A stretch of 32,000 bases of DNA from positions 330,001-362,000 of the forward strand of contig JBAZYG010000001.1 in NCBI GenBank assembly GCA_041659445.1, written 5' to 3'. The position numbers were made by a program, and so were the translations under genes. A model generated the notes under the pieces. The model worked only from the letters and a program-made list of their open reading frames with translations, did no database searches and was not told the DNA's origin. Shown one piece after another: positions 1-8,813 of the stretch (position 1 is its first letter; each line of letters opens with the position of its first letter). The stretch is from Candidatus Saccharimonadota bacterium. Its GTDB lineage: Archaea; Nanobdellota; Nanobdellia; Pacearchaeales; GW2011-AR1.

Positions 1-2
1 AA

Positions 3-401
3 TGTAAAATAGGAATTCCTTCTAGAAACATCGAAAGAATAATAAAAGGAATAATGGAACAAGAAAGATTTTGTGAACTTACTATACCCTCAGAAGATAC
101 TAGATATTTTTATGACCAAGTAAACGGCACAATGATAATAATTCCTAAACAAAATAAAGAAAGAATATTCATTGCAGGTCCAGAAAAAGAAAGAGCAGTT
201 TCAAGATTGAATTCAATTCTTGAAAACCCAAATCCAAAATTAATTGATGCACCAAGACTTGTTAGAGTTGTGAAAAAAGAAGATGACTACAAAATTTATA
301 ATATTGAAAAAATTATAAAAGGAACATATAATCCTTTTTTTCATTGCATAGAAAAAGGAACATATAATAAAATTGAAAAAGAAAATAAAAAATTAAAATG
401 A
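3..401 (+). CDS. Hypothetical protein, possibly 5'-partial at the window edge
   Basis: The ORF track gives 54..401, but the frame stays open back to nt 3. No TATA-like element lies 27-29 nt upstream of ATG-54, so the gene may start upstream of the window. No motif recognised. KGTYN occurs twice near the C-terminus. Confidence 0.45.
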   Translation, partial: CKIGIPSRNIERIIKGIMEQERFCELTIPSEDTRYFYDQVNGTMIIIPKQNKERIFIAGPEKERAVSRLNSILENPNPKLIDAPRLVRVVKKEDDYKIYNIEKIIKGTYNPFFHCIEKGTYNKIEKENKKLK

Positions 402-718
402 AAAAATTATTAAATCTTTTAACAATACCTATATTTACTTTTGGTTTATTTGGATGTAGAGATTCAAGTCAAGATTTTGAAAATGTAAAAGAGTATGATA
501 ATTACAAAGCAATTGCGAGTTTTGGTCCAGAAGGAAAAAAAATGTTTATATCAAATGGAAAAGATGACATATTTGCAGAAGGAGATTCAATGCACAAAAC
601 ATTTTATTTACTTAGAATATATTTAAGTCCTGAAAGTGAATTAACAAAATATGCAAATGTAGATTCATTAAACAAAATTTATAACGAAGTTAAAGAAACT
701 GGTGAAAAACATAATTAA
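398..718 (+). CDS. Putative secreted lipoprotein, function unknown
   Basis: The N-terminus MKKLLNLLTIPIFTFGLFGC is a hydrophobic signal ending in a lipobox-like LFGC. An ATGA overlap with the upstream ORF (398-401) suggests co-translation. Confidence 0.55.
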   Translation: MKKLLNLLTIPIFTFGLFGCRDSSQDFENVKEYDNYKAIASFGPEGKKMFISNGKDDIFAEGDSMHKTFYLLRIYLSPESELTKYANVDSLNKIYNEVKETGEKHN

Positions 719-720
719 AA

Positions 721-1626
721 TTAAATATTTTCTTTAACAATCTTAACCATTTCTTCTAAGAATTCTTGTGCACGTTGTTGCCAAACATCAATTTCTGCAC
801 CTTTAACATCTTTCATTTCTCCATGTTCAATTTGTTTATGAAGAAACAATAAATCCCTATACCAAATAATGTATTTTGCTTTTAATCTTCCTGGATCAAC
901 AAAAGTTTCTTTTAAATTTCTTGCAATGTGCTCTGGGGAAGGTGGAATTACTCTTGCTGAAATTAATGCAGCGTGAGCAGAATCAACCATTGACCAATAA
1001 ATTCCCTCGATTGCTCCTAATTCTGCACCCCTACTTCTTGCAAGATGAATTGGTGCTCTTTGTAAACAACTATAAATTGCTTCAGGTGTAGGTTTAATTT
1101 TACCCTCGATTAAAAGGTATTTTAATGGATTAAAAAAACCAGCTACATCAATCATTGCTTCGCCATATCTTAAAATATTTAAAACAATTGGATCACCTCT
1201 TAACAAATCTTCCCACCATGTTGAAAGTTTTACTGTGTTAATATGTAAATCTGCTGAATAAGGATTTGTTCTCAAAATTTTATCTAATTCTTCTCTATAC
1301 CATGCAATTAATTCTTGGTCCCATTTTACAGAAGCATCGTCGAGGATTAGTATAATATCAATATCAGAACCAACATCAATTTTTTTCTTTGCAACAGAAC
1401 CAAAAAGAACTATTGATTTTATTATTTTATCGAATGTTTTATATGCTTTAACAGCAAAATCCATTGCAATATCTTTTTCTGTTTTTAATTGCAGTGTGGG
1501 ATATTTTTTTGCACCTTGTTTTCTTTTTTGCTCAACTTCTTGTTTATAATTTTCTTTAAGTTCTTCTGATTTTTTAGAAATTTCTGACTTAACAGAACTT
1601 TTTTTAGAAACTTTTTTTATTTTCAT
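721..1626 (-). CDS. KNTase-like nucleotidyltransferase: minimal NTase domain plus a helical HEPN-like C-terminal domain, with a Lys-rich N-terminal tail
   Basis: NTase signature LFGSVAKKKIDVGSDIDIILILDD (G-S ... D-x-D). The C-terminal helical region contains RDLLFLH, an R-x5-H spacing as in HEPN. The first ~50 aa are K/E-rich. GAGG lies upstream of the ATG. Confidence 0.6.
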   Translation of the reverse strand: MKIKKVSKKSSVKSEISKKSEELKENYKQEVEQKRKQGAKKYPTLQLKTEKDIAMDFAVKAYKTFDKIIKSIVLFGSVAKKKIDVGSDIDIILILDDASVKWDQELIAWYREELDKILRTNPYSADLHINTVKLSTWWEDLLRGDPIVLNILRYGEAMIDVAGFFNPLKYLLIEGKIKPTPEAIYSCLQRAPIHLARSRGAELGAIEGIYWSMVDSAHAALISARVIPPSPEHIARNLKETFVDPGRLKAKYIIWYRDLLFLHKQIEHGEMKDVKGAEIDVWQQRAQEFLEEMVKIVKENI

Positions 1627-1676
1627 TCTACCTCTCTTTATATTATATATTTAATTGGCTTTTTAAATATTCTTGA

Positions 1677-3473
1677 TTATTCTCTTCCGCCACCCATTCG
1701 TCCGCCAGTTCCGCCTCCGACAACTCCGCCAAATTCTGTAGGTAATCTTGAAAAAGTTGTTCCAAATGTTTCGTAATTTGTTTGAGGCAACCAGTTTCCG
1801 ACTAAACCTTCTGAATATCCTTGATATAATCCAAGTGACTGATTCCATTGAGGTCCTGCTCCTGAAGTGTAAAAAGAAGAACCAAATGCCTCGAAAGTTT
1901 CTTTTATTGGAGGAGTTTGCATGTGTTGCCACCAATCTCCTGCTTCAATAATTTTTTTTGCTTCAAAACCTTTTTCACCAAGTTTACCCATCATTTCTTT
2001 TAATGGAACATTTCCCATTCCCATTGGTAATTCAGTGTGTTCAAAACCAAAATTATCTGAAAGATGAACGTGTTTCAAATAAGGTGCGATTTTTTCTGTT
2101 TCTTTAATTATATCTTGCTCTTTAAATCCTTGTCCTCTTAACATATTAATATGCCCAACATCCCAAGTTGCACCGATTAATTTTTCAGCGATTTTTTCTG
2201 CTTCTCGTCTGCCTTTTCCTTCTTTCTCGACGAGATTTTCTACAAATTGATTTCTTGATGCTTTGACTAAATTTCTTAAATCTTCACCAGTGCTTAAACC
2301 AAAACCTGCTGGAGGATTTTCAATGCACATGACAGGAGCTTTTTCACCAAATTTTTTGTAAGCTTGAAATGCAGCATTTCCAAAAGTCTGAGATGATTTT
2401 TCAACTGCAAATTCTTCTATAGGCACAATTTGTCGAGGAGCAAGAGAATCATCTTTTAAATTATAAAGTAATTTTTTCATTGCAAGAGATTGATTTAAAA
2501 CATCTCCTCTTGAATTTTCAATATCTTTCCCATATTCTTTAGAAATTTCAAATAATTTTTTTTTCTGCTCGTCTGTTGCAAGTTTGTATGCATTACTAAA
2601 AACATTCATTGCAGATTTATTTATTTCACCTAAATACGTTTGTGCGTCGTTGTATTTTAAGTAAGCTTGCACTTGTGTCTGAGTTAAATCATTAAACTGT
2701 CCTTTAATTATTTTTTCCATTGCATCTCTATCACTTAAGATATGCCGAATTTGAAATTCATTTTGAGCAAGAATTTCGTCAAATCTTTCTTTGTTCATAA
2801 CAATTTGATTAATAGAATTATTCCATTTTGTCTCGTTAACGTCATTTATTCTTTTTTCAGGAGTTCTTTCTTGTGAGATTATTTTTCCGCCTTTGCCTCC
2901 AGGATAAAAATCTTTTTCATATTCAAAGGCACTCATTTGCCCAGACTCTTTGTCAACTATAACTAATCGTCGAGCTTTTCTTCCTTCTTCACCATTTAAT
3001 TCTTTCCATTCTGAACCATGAATTCCTTCTGCTGAATGAAAAATAACATGGACATTTCCGTCAGGTCTTACATCTTGACTTCTTTCCAAAGTTTGAAAAA
3101 TTTTCCTTTCTTGACTTTCTCTATCAACTTCACTCCAACCAGTCTGAGTCATTCCTGTAGTATCAATAACTGGACCATGCACTGAAACATCAATTCCAAT
3201 TAATTTTGAAAGTTTATTTAATTCTTTTAATTGCTGTTGTGGAACTGCATCAAAAATTTTTGGACTTATTAAAGTTAATTCAATATGCTTAACACCTGAA
3301 GATAATTTTGTAGAAGCGTCTTTAATTATATTCGCTGTTTGGGGATTTGTTGTTATACCAAAGCTTCCTGCATTTGCTCTAACACCAGTAAAATTTTCAC
3401 CATAACCAGGTTTTAAAGAAGAATATCCTCCTTGATATGTATTATTTATTGTATAATCACTTGTTTTTGCCAT
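1677..3473 (-). CDS. Xylose-isomerase-like (AP endonuclease 2 family) TIM-barrel protein with a large helical insertion and Gly-rich termini
   Basis: Barrel-type motifs KHIELTL, VSVHGP, IFHSAEG, CIENPP, WDVGHINM and HVHLSDNFGFEHTELPMG. About 200 aa of helical sequence sit between IFHSAEG and CIENPP. The C-terminal tail is FGGVVGGGTGGRMGGGRE. TATA-like TTTAAATA lies 27 nt upstream of the ATG. Confidence 0.5.
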   Translation of the reverse strand: MAKTSDYTINNTYQGGYSSLKPGYGENFTGVRANAGSFGITTNPQTANIIKDASTKLSSGVKHIELTLISPKIFDAVPQQQLKELNKLSKLIGIDVSVHGPVIDTTGMTQTGWSEVDRESQERKIFQTLERSQDVRPDGNVHVIFHSAEGIHGSEWKELNGEEGRKARRLVIVDKESGQMSAFEYEKDFYPGGKGGKIISQERTPEKRINDVNETKWNNSINQIVMNKERFDEILAQNEFQIRHILSDRDAMEKIIKGQFNDLTQTQVQAYLKYNDAQTYLGEINKSAMNVFSNAYKLATDEQKKKLFEISKEYGKDIENSRGDVLNQSLAMKKLLYNLKDDSLAPRQIVPIEEFAVEKSSQTFGNAAFQAYKKFGEKAPVMCIENPPAGFGLSTGEDLRNLVKASRNQFVENLVEKEGKGRREAEKIAEKLIGATWDVGHINMLRGQGFKEQDIIKETEKIAPYLKHVHLSDNFGFEHTELPMGMGNVPLKEMMGKLGEKGFEAKKIIEAGDWWQHMQTPPIKETFEAFGSSFYTSGAGPQWNQSLGLYQGYSEGLVGNWLPQTNYETFGTTFSRLPTEFGGVVGGGTGGRMGGGRE

Positions 3474-3509
3474 GATAGTTTAAGTTAAAAATTATTTAAA
3501 TAACTATTG

Positions 3510-4151
3510 TTAATATTGTGACGGGGTGTATTTAACTTCTTGCCCAAGGTTTTTATTTTTATCTTTAAGAGAGCTTGATTTAAATTTTTCAGGCACAGTA
3601 TATTTTTCAACATGTAAGTCTTTTACTAAATTTGCTTGCTCTGATTCCATTCGCATTACTTTTTTTGTTTCAATTAAAGGATTATTTTTTCCTAAATTTT
3701 GAAGTTCTGAATTTGAAAGAGTATGAAAAGGATTCATGTGCTCGACATAATTTACTGAACTTTGTGAATATTTTTTTTCATTATTTTCTGTTGTTGGAGA
3801 ATAACTAAAATCATTCTTTGAATTTTCATTTGAATTATTAAAAGAATCTGGAGAAGAATCTGAAAAAACTTGTTTTTCAAGTCTTTTTGAAAATGGGGTT
3901 TCTTCAATTTTTTCGAGAATAACAGGATCAACTTCTGTATTTTTTTCTAGAAATTTTAAAAATTGAACGTCATTAATTTCTTCTAAATCTGATTGAACAT
4001 GTCCTTGTTTTTTTGGTTTTTCAATAGTTAAGTCAATTTCTTTTTGTTTTTCTTCTTTAATTTTTATTGAAGATTTTAAAACTTTGATATTTGATTTTTT
4101 CTTTGGTTTTTTTTGTTTTAGGTTTTTTTCTTTAGAATTATCTTTTTTCAT
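3510..4151 (-). CDS. Hypothetical low-complexity K/E/S/N-rich protein
   Basis: Long ORF in an otherwise non-coding slot between neighbouring genes. Lys-rich N-terminus (KEKNLKQKKPKKKSNIK). No recognisable domain. Confidence 0.45.
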   Translation of the reverse strand: MKKDNSKEKNLKQKKPKKKSNIKVLKSSIKIKEEKQKEIDLTIEKPKKQGHVQSDLEEINDVQFLKFLEKNTEVDPVILEKIEETPFSKRLEKQVFSDSSPDSFNNSNENSKNDFSYSPTTENNEKKYSQSSVNYVEHMNPFHTLSNSELQNLGKNNPLIETKKVMRMESEQANLVKDLHVEKYTVPEKFKSSSLKDKNKNLGQEVKYTPSQY

Positions 4152-4205
4152 AAAAAATTCATGTTAAAGAAATATTTAAGGGTTTTGAAAAAAAGAAATT
4201 AAAAA

Positions 4206-4997
4206 CTATTTTTCTTTTTTTACCTCAACTCCACTATTCTCCTCAGCCTTATAACCACTATATTTTTCAAGATTGTGAAAACCCTGAAATTTAAGTACTC
4301 CATCCCAAAAGCAAATCCAAGAAACTCCTTGTATTGGTAAATTTCTTTCTTCAATATATTCCTCTGGTCCAAAAATTTCGGAATATTCTTTTAGTTCTGA
4401 AGAAATCTCTGTTAATTGTTTTCTTCCTTTCTTTCCAAAACTAGCAAGTATAAAACCGTCTTCTGAAAGTTCTTCTATAGAGTGTGTTCGATCTGAGCCC
4501 TGCCTATTATAAATATAAAAAAAGTAACTTCCTTTAGGAGCAAATCTAACTAAACCATCTTCGCTAAACCTAACACCATCTATTTCTTTTGCTTGGTTTT
4601 TCATTAATATTTTTTCTTCCAACTTTTTAATATTTAATTTTTTGTACTCTCCAAGTGCATTTAAGTCTTTACAAACAAAAATACCCTTATCAGTAAGTAT
4701 ATTTAAGTTATAAACCCAAAAACCATCATTTGATATTACTTCTTTTATTACTTTTTCCTCGTCTGCATATTCAGGAAAATATTTGAATTCATAAAAATAT
4801 GAATGGTGAAGCAAAGATGCAATTTCATCTCCTGTTGAAACTTCCATTCCTTGTGATAATATTTTTTTTCCTACTTCTAAATAATCCCCATATTCAAAAG
4901 GATAAATGAATCCTGTTTCCTTGTCCTTATTTGGAATCCGCAATTCTATTGTTGATTTTTTAATTATGGGTTGTGTTTTTGGGACGTATTTTGTCAT
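4206..4997 (-). CDS. Hypothetical protein
   Basis: 263-aa ORF with TTTATAAA 29 nt upstream of the ATG. No motif recognised. Confidence 0.5.
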   Translation of the reverse strand: MTKYVPKTQPIIKKSTIELRIPNKDKETGFIYPFEYGDYLEVGKKILSQGMEVSTGDEIASLLHHSYFYEFKYFPEYADEEKVIKEVISNDGFWVYNLNILTDKGIFVCKDLNALGEYKKLNIKKLEEKILMKNQAKEIDGVRFSEDGLVRFAPKGSYFFYIYNRQGSDRTHSIEELSEDGFILASFGKKGRKQLTEISSELKEYSEIFGPEEYIEERNLPIQGVSWICFWDGVLKFQGFHNLEKYSGYKAEENSGVEVKKEK

Positions 4998-5062
4998 TCT
5001 TTTTACTAGAAATTAAAGTTTATAAATGTTACTTTTAAAAAATTACTACAGAATTCCAAGAA

Positions 5063-6481
5063 TCAAACAAAACTAGCCATACCGTGTGCTTTTTTATAAA
5101 CATCAAATATTGAAAGCAAAGTGTTTTTTGCGTTTTCTGATGATTTTTTTCTAAAAAAAGTTTTTTCATACCAATCATCTGGTTCAATATCTCCAATTTT
5201 TTCTTTTTTCTCTGGAGTTTTCAAAACTTCTTTTGGCTTTTCAGGTTTTTTCGTTTTTCTATTATAAATCCCAAACAAAGCTAAAAAAGGATTTGAAGTA
5301 TCTGTTGGTCCTTCTGGTTCTTTAGGTTCATCTTTTAGAAAATATTCTATATCATCTTTTAATTGGTCTAAACTTTCTTCACCTATTCCATGAATTAAAC
5401 TAAATGCTGCATTAATGTCTGAATCATCTAATTCTTGATTTAATTTTTTTAATTCTTCGTCGTTTAATGAATAAGCTCTGAATGTTATTTCTGCTCTACC
5501 TCCGAATGCAAAATGAGATTGTTGTTGAACTTTTTGAGGTATTCCTCTGAAACTAAATTCGACTAAAACGCAACTATAATAATTTCTTGTGAATTTTTTT
5601 AAAATTTTTTCATTTGTAAATTCTTTTGGAAATTCTCCTTCAAGTGCTAAATCTTTTATTTTTAATGCGTTTTTTCCGAGGAGACTTAGCTCTAAAATGA
5701 TTGTATTAAAAGTTTTTACTAATGCAGGATTTCTATCTTGGTCTTTCATTTCTAAATCTGCAGCTGCTTTCAAGTAAGGCTTTGCCCAACGAGAATAAAG
5801 CTTTAAACTATTCACTTGACTTTTTAAATAAGTTCTTTCAATTTCATATCTTTTTCTTAATTCGTTTTCTGATTGAACTGCCCAAATATTAAATTCTTGA
5901 ATTCTTGGTATAAGAATTCTTTTTACTCTATCGTTTAAATCTAATCCTTCTGCGTCTTTAATATCTTTTGCAGCCAAAAATGCGTCGATTAAAGTTACAA
6001 ATCCTGCTTGGCCTAAAGCCATTGCTTTAACACTTGAATTTCCTTTTTGAATATCAACTTTATCCATCCAAATTTGTTTCAAACTTAAAATTGCAGCGTC
6101 TTTTTTTGACGAACTTTTCAAATCATCATAAACAGAAAGTCTTGTTTTGAATTCTCTTAAATCATAAATAATATTTAACACACTTCTCAAAACTTGATTT
6201 ATACTTCCTAAAAGTTGTGCACCTTGTTGTTGCATTGCTGTTGCTTTTCCTCCTAGCTCTGAAAAATGTCCTGAACCTGGAGATGAAGAAAAATTATCCA
6301 AAAGTTTTTCAGGTTTTAAACCAAAATCTTCCATTAAATCAAGCAAGAAAAAATAAATTGGTTCAAGGGTTTCTGACGACGAATCATAAACCAAAGTTTG
6401 CTCTGCTTCTGGTTTACCTTTTTTTTGATAATATGGACTTATAGATTTTATAATTTCATTAATGGACTTCACCTCTACCAT
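5063..6481 (-). CDS. Hypothetical, largely alpha-helical protein (472 aa from the preferred start)
   Basis: The ORF track starts at 6526. I prefer Met-16 (ATG at 6481, MVEVKS...) because TTTAAAAC lies 27 nt upstream of it, matching the promoter spacing seen elsewhere in the window. The C-terminal region is K/E/P-rich. No family recognised. Confidence 0.55.
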   Translation of the reverse strand: MVEVKSINEIIKSISPYYQKKGKPEAEQTLVYDSSSETLEPIYFFLLDLMEDFGLKPEKLLDNFSSSPGSGHFSELGGKATAMQQQGAQLLGSINQVLRSVLNIIYDLREFKTRLSVYDDLKSSSKKDAAILSLKQIWMDKVDIQKGNSSVKAMALGQAGFVTLIDAFLAAKDIKDAEGLDLNDRVKRILIPRIQEFNIWAVQSENELRKRYEIERTYLKSQVNSLKLYSRWAKPYLKAAADLEMKDQDRNPALVKTFNTIILELSLLGKNALKIKDLALEGEFPKEFTNEKILKKFTRNYYSCVLVEFSFRGIPQKVQQQSHFAFGGRAEITFRAYSLNDEELKKLNQELDDSDINAAFSLIHGIGEESLDQLKDDIEYFLKDEPKEPEGPTDTSNPFLALFGIYNRKTKKPEKPKEVLKTPEKKEKIGDIEPDDWYEKTFFRKKSSENAKNTLLSIFDVYKKAHGMASFV

Positions 6482-6558
6482 GTTTAAATTAAGTATTTTG
6501 GTTTTAAAAAATCTTGCTATATGCAAATTTTTAAATATTCCTTTTAATTTAATTAATC

Positions 6559-6978
6559 ATGGGACTTTTCAAGAAAAGACAAAAAGTTGTGGATTGGACT
6601 GACAAAATGCAAAGACAGCAAGAGAAAATTGACAGATTGAAATCTGAAATGTCTGGAATTTCATCGAGTTCTCAAACTTCAAATACTTCTTCAAGTTCAT
6701 CACAAGAATCAACGCCTTTTCCTTTTTTTGCAGGAATTGGAGCAGATAATTCAAATTCAACGAGTTCATCAAATTACAATTCAAATGAAAGTTCAGATGA
6801 CACAAGTGTTGAAGAACGAAGAAAAAGATTGACTAAAAGACTTATGGATATGACAAATAAAATTGAAGAACTTTCAAATTCAATTTATCAACTTCAGCAA
6901 AGAATTGAAGTTCTTGAAAGAAAATCTGGATTAACAAGTTCTGGCTCAAGTTTAAATGATTCTGAATATGATTTTTAA
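6559..6978 (+). CDS. Hypothetical Ser-rich protein with a C-terminal coiled coil
   Basis: Basic amphipathic N-terminus MGLFKKRQK, a central S/N/T low-complexity stretch, and heptad-like C-terminal sequence (IEELSNSIYQLQQRIEVLERK). TTTAAATA lies 29 nt upstream. Divergent from the 5063..6481 gene. Confidence 0.5.
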   Translation: MGLFKKRQKVVDWTDKMQRQQEKIDRLKSEMSGISSSSQTSNTSSSSSQESTPFPFFAGIGADNSNSTSSSNYNSNESSDDTSVEERRKRLTKRLMDMTNKIEELSNSIYQLQQRIEVLERKSGLTSSGSSLNDSEYDF

Positions 6979-7012
6979 ATAAATTTATTAATCTCTCTTT
7001 CTAATTTAAATC

Positions 7013-8224
7013 ATGACAAAAATATCAGACAAATTAATCAAAGCATATGCACTGAAAAATGCAATTCATTATTCAGGAAAAGCAAATTCAGGTGCTGTTA
7101 TTTCTTCTCTATTTAATGAAGGTTTAAAAAAAGAAGAGATAAAATCAATCATGCCGAAAGTTTCAGAAATTGTCAAGGAAATTTCAAAATTAAGTTTAGA
7201 AAAACAAGAACAAGAATTTGAAAAATTAAAAGAACTTGTTTCTGAAAGAGAACACCGAGAAGGATTACCTGAATTACCGAATGTAAATTCAAAAAAAGGA
7301 GTTGTTATGAGATTTAGACCAGCACCTTCTGGACCTTTGCATGTCGGACATATTATTGCAGGAATGCCAAGTTCTTTATATGTAAAAAAATACGGCGGAA
7401 AACTTTATATTATAATCGACGATACTGACCCTGAAACAACTCTTCCAGAAGCTTACGAAAACATAAAAAAAGATTTTAATTGGATTTTTGGAAATGTTTC
7501 TGAATATATTTCTTCTTCTGATAGAATGAAAATTTATTATGATTATGCTGAAAAACTTATTAAAAAAGAAAAAGCATATGTCTGCACTTGCTCTTCTGAA
7601 AAATTTAAATTATACGCCGAGTCTAAAGAAGATTGTCCTTGCAGAAATAATGAATTAAAAGAAAATCAGTTTAGATGGAAAAAAATGCTTGATAAAAAAG
7701 GTTACAAAGAAGGCGACGCTGTTTTGAGAATGAAATCAAATATGCAATATCCAAATCCAGCAATGAGAGATTTTCCTTTAGCAAGAATTAATCTTAGCAA
7801 TCATGCACGACAAGGAAAAAAATATCGAGTTTGGCCTTTGATGAATTTAGTTGTTCCTGTTGACGACATGGAATTTGGAATGACGCATATTATAAGAGGA
7901 AAAGACCATGCAGATAATGCAAAAAGACAAGAATTTATTTTTAATGTTTTTGGAAAAACATATCCATGGGCTTTTTTCATGGGAAGAATTAAATTCTCGG
8001 ATTTAATCCTATCAAAAAGAAAAATAAAAGCTGCAATTGAAGCAGGAGAATATTCTGGATTCGACGATGAAAGACTTCCTACAATTTCTTCTTTAAAAAA
8101 AAGAGGTTACAAGCCAGAAGCTTTTGCAAAATTTGCAGAACAAAGAGGATTAACAGAAGTTGATAAAGTTATAAGTCAAAAAGATTTTTTCGAGATAATT
8201 GATAATTTCAATCGAGAAGCATAA
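7013..8224 (+). CDS. gltX: Glutamyl-tRNA synthetase-like protein: archaeal/eukaryal-type class I catalytic core with no anticodon-binding domain
   Basis: HIGH motif in RFRPAPSGPLHVGH and KMSKS-type motif LSKRK. GlxRS-type blocks IIIDDTDPE, NPAMRDFPLARI, KYRVWPLMNLVVPVDD and THIIRGKDH are present. The helical N-terminal extension is KAYALKNAIHYSGKANSGAVIS. The protein ends at 403 aa. Confidence 0.75.
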   Translation: MTKISDKLIKAYALKNAIHYSGKANSGAVISSLFNEGLKKEEIKSIMPKVSEIVKEISKLSLEKQEQEFEKLKELVSEREHREGLPELPNVNSKKGVVMRFRPAPSGPLHVGHIIAGMPSSLYVKKYGGKLYIIIDDTDPETTLPEAYENIKKDFNWIFGNVSEYISSSDRMKIYYDYAEKLIKKEKAYVCTCSSEKFKLYAESKEDCPCRNNELKENQFRWKKMLDKKGYKEGDAVLRMKSNMQYPNPAMRDFPLARINLSNHARQGKKYRVWPLMNLVVPVDDMEFGMTHIIRGKDHADNAKRQEFIFNVFGKTYPWAFFMGRIKFSDLILSKRKIKAAIEAGEYSGFDDERLPTISSLKKRGYKPEAFAKFAEQRGLTEVDKVISQKDFFEIIDNFNREA

Positions 8225-8297
8225 CCTTTTTATAGTAGTTTTTTCTATATATTTTATAGTTAAAGAAAGTTTAACTGAAAATTGAAAGGAGGTTAAG

Positions 8298-8756
8298 ATG
8301 AATAATAAAAAAGGTTTATCTGATGTTGTGACTACTTTAATAATTATTTTACTAGTTTTAATAGCTGTAGGAGTTATTTGGGGAGTTGTAAACAACTTAT
8401 TAAACAAAAGTAAAGGTTCAATTGAAGGAAGCACAAAATGTTTTGATTTAGATATTACAGCAACAAAGCTAAACCAAACAAGTAATGTTACTGGAGACTA
8501 TGCTCTTACTTTAAAGAGATCTGCAACAGGTGATAATGTTGAGATTTTTGCAAAAGTTGTTGTATCAAACAACATGAATAGTTCAGGAGTTTTAGATATT
8601 GGAAGTCAAGGAGGATTAACACCCTTAGGAGTTAAAACATATACACTCCAAAATACAGGAATCACTGATGTAAGTAAAGTAGAAGTTACTCCTTATTACA
8701 TTGATGAAAACGGTCAAGAAAAGCTTTGTACAATAACAAACTCTTTTGACTTTTAA
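8298..8756 (+). CDS. Archaeal type IV pilin-like protein with a class III signal peptide
   Basis: The N-terminus MNNKKGLSDVVTTLIIILLVLIAVGVIWG has a KG/LS prepilin-peptidase-type site followed by a hydrophobic helix. A GGAGG Shine-Dalgarno sequence lies 7 nt upstream (gaaaGGAGGttaagATG). Confidence 0.65.
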   Translation: MNNKKGLSDVVTTLIIILLVLIAVGVIWGVVNNLLNKSKGSIEGSTKCFDLDITATKLNQTSNVTGDYALTLKRSATGDNVEIFAKVVVSNNMNSSGVLDIGSQGGLTPLGVKTYTLQNTGITDVSKVEVTPYYIDENGQEKLCTITNSFDF

Positions 8757-8792
8757 TTTTTTATTTTTACTTTTTCTATTTTTTTATTTTTT
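8757..8792 (+). terminator. Oligo-T-rich putative archaeal terminator between convergent genes
   Basis: Several T5-T7 runs lie immediately after the pilin stop codon (ttttttatttttactttttctatttttttatttttt). Confidence 0.3.
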
Positions 8793-8813
8793 AAGAACTT
8801 AGTGAGAACTAAA

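Noticed and set aside
6559-6978. The MGLFKKRQK N-terminus and coiled coil as an ESCRT-III/PspA-like membrane-remodelling protein.
   Set aside because: The resemblance is limited to a few N-terminal residues. The protein is only 139 aa with a long Ser-rich disordered centre, too short for the ESCRT-III helical hairpin core. It is noted only as a weak idea under the orphan-block finding.
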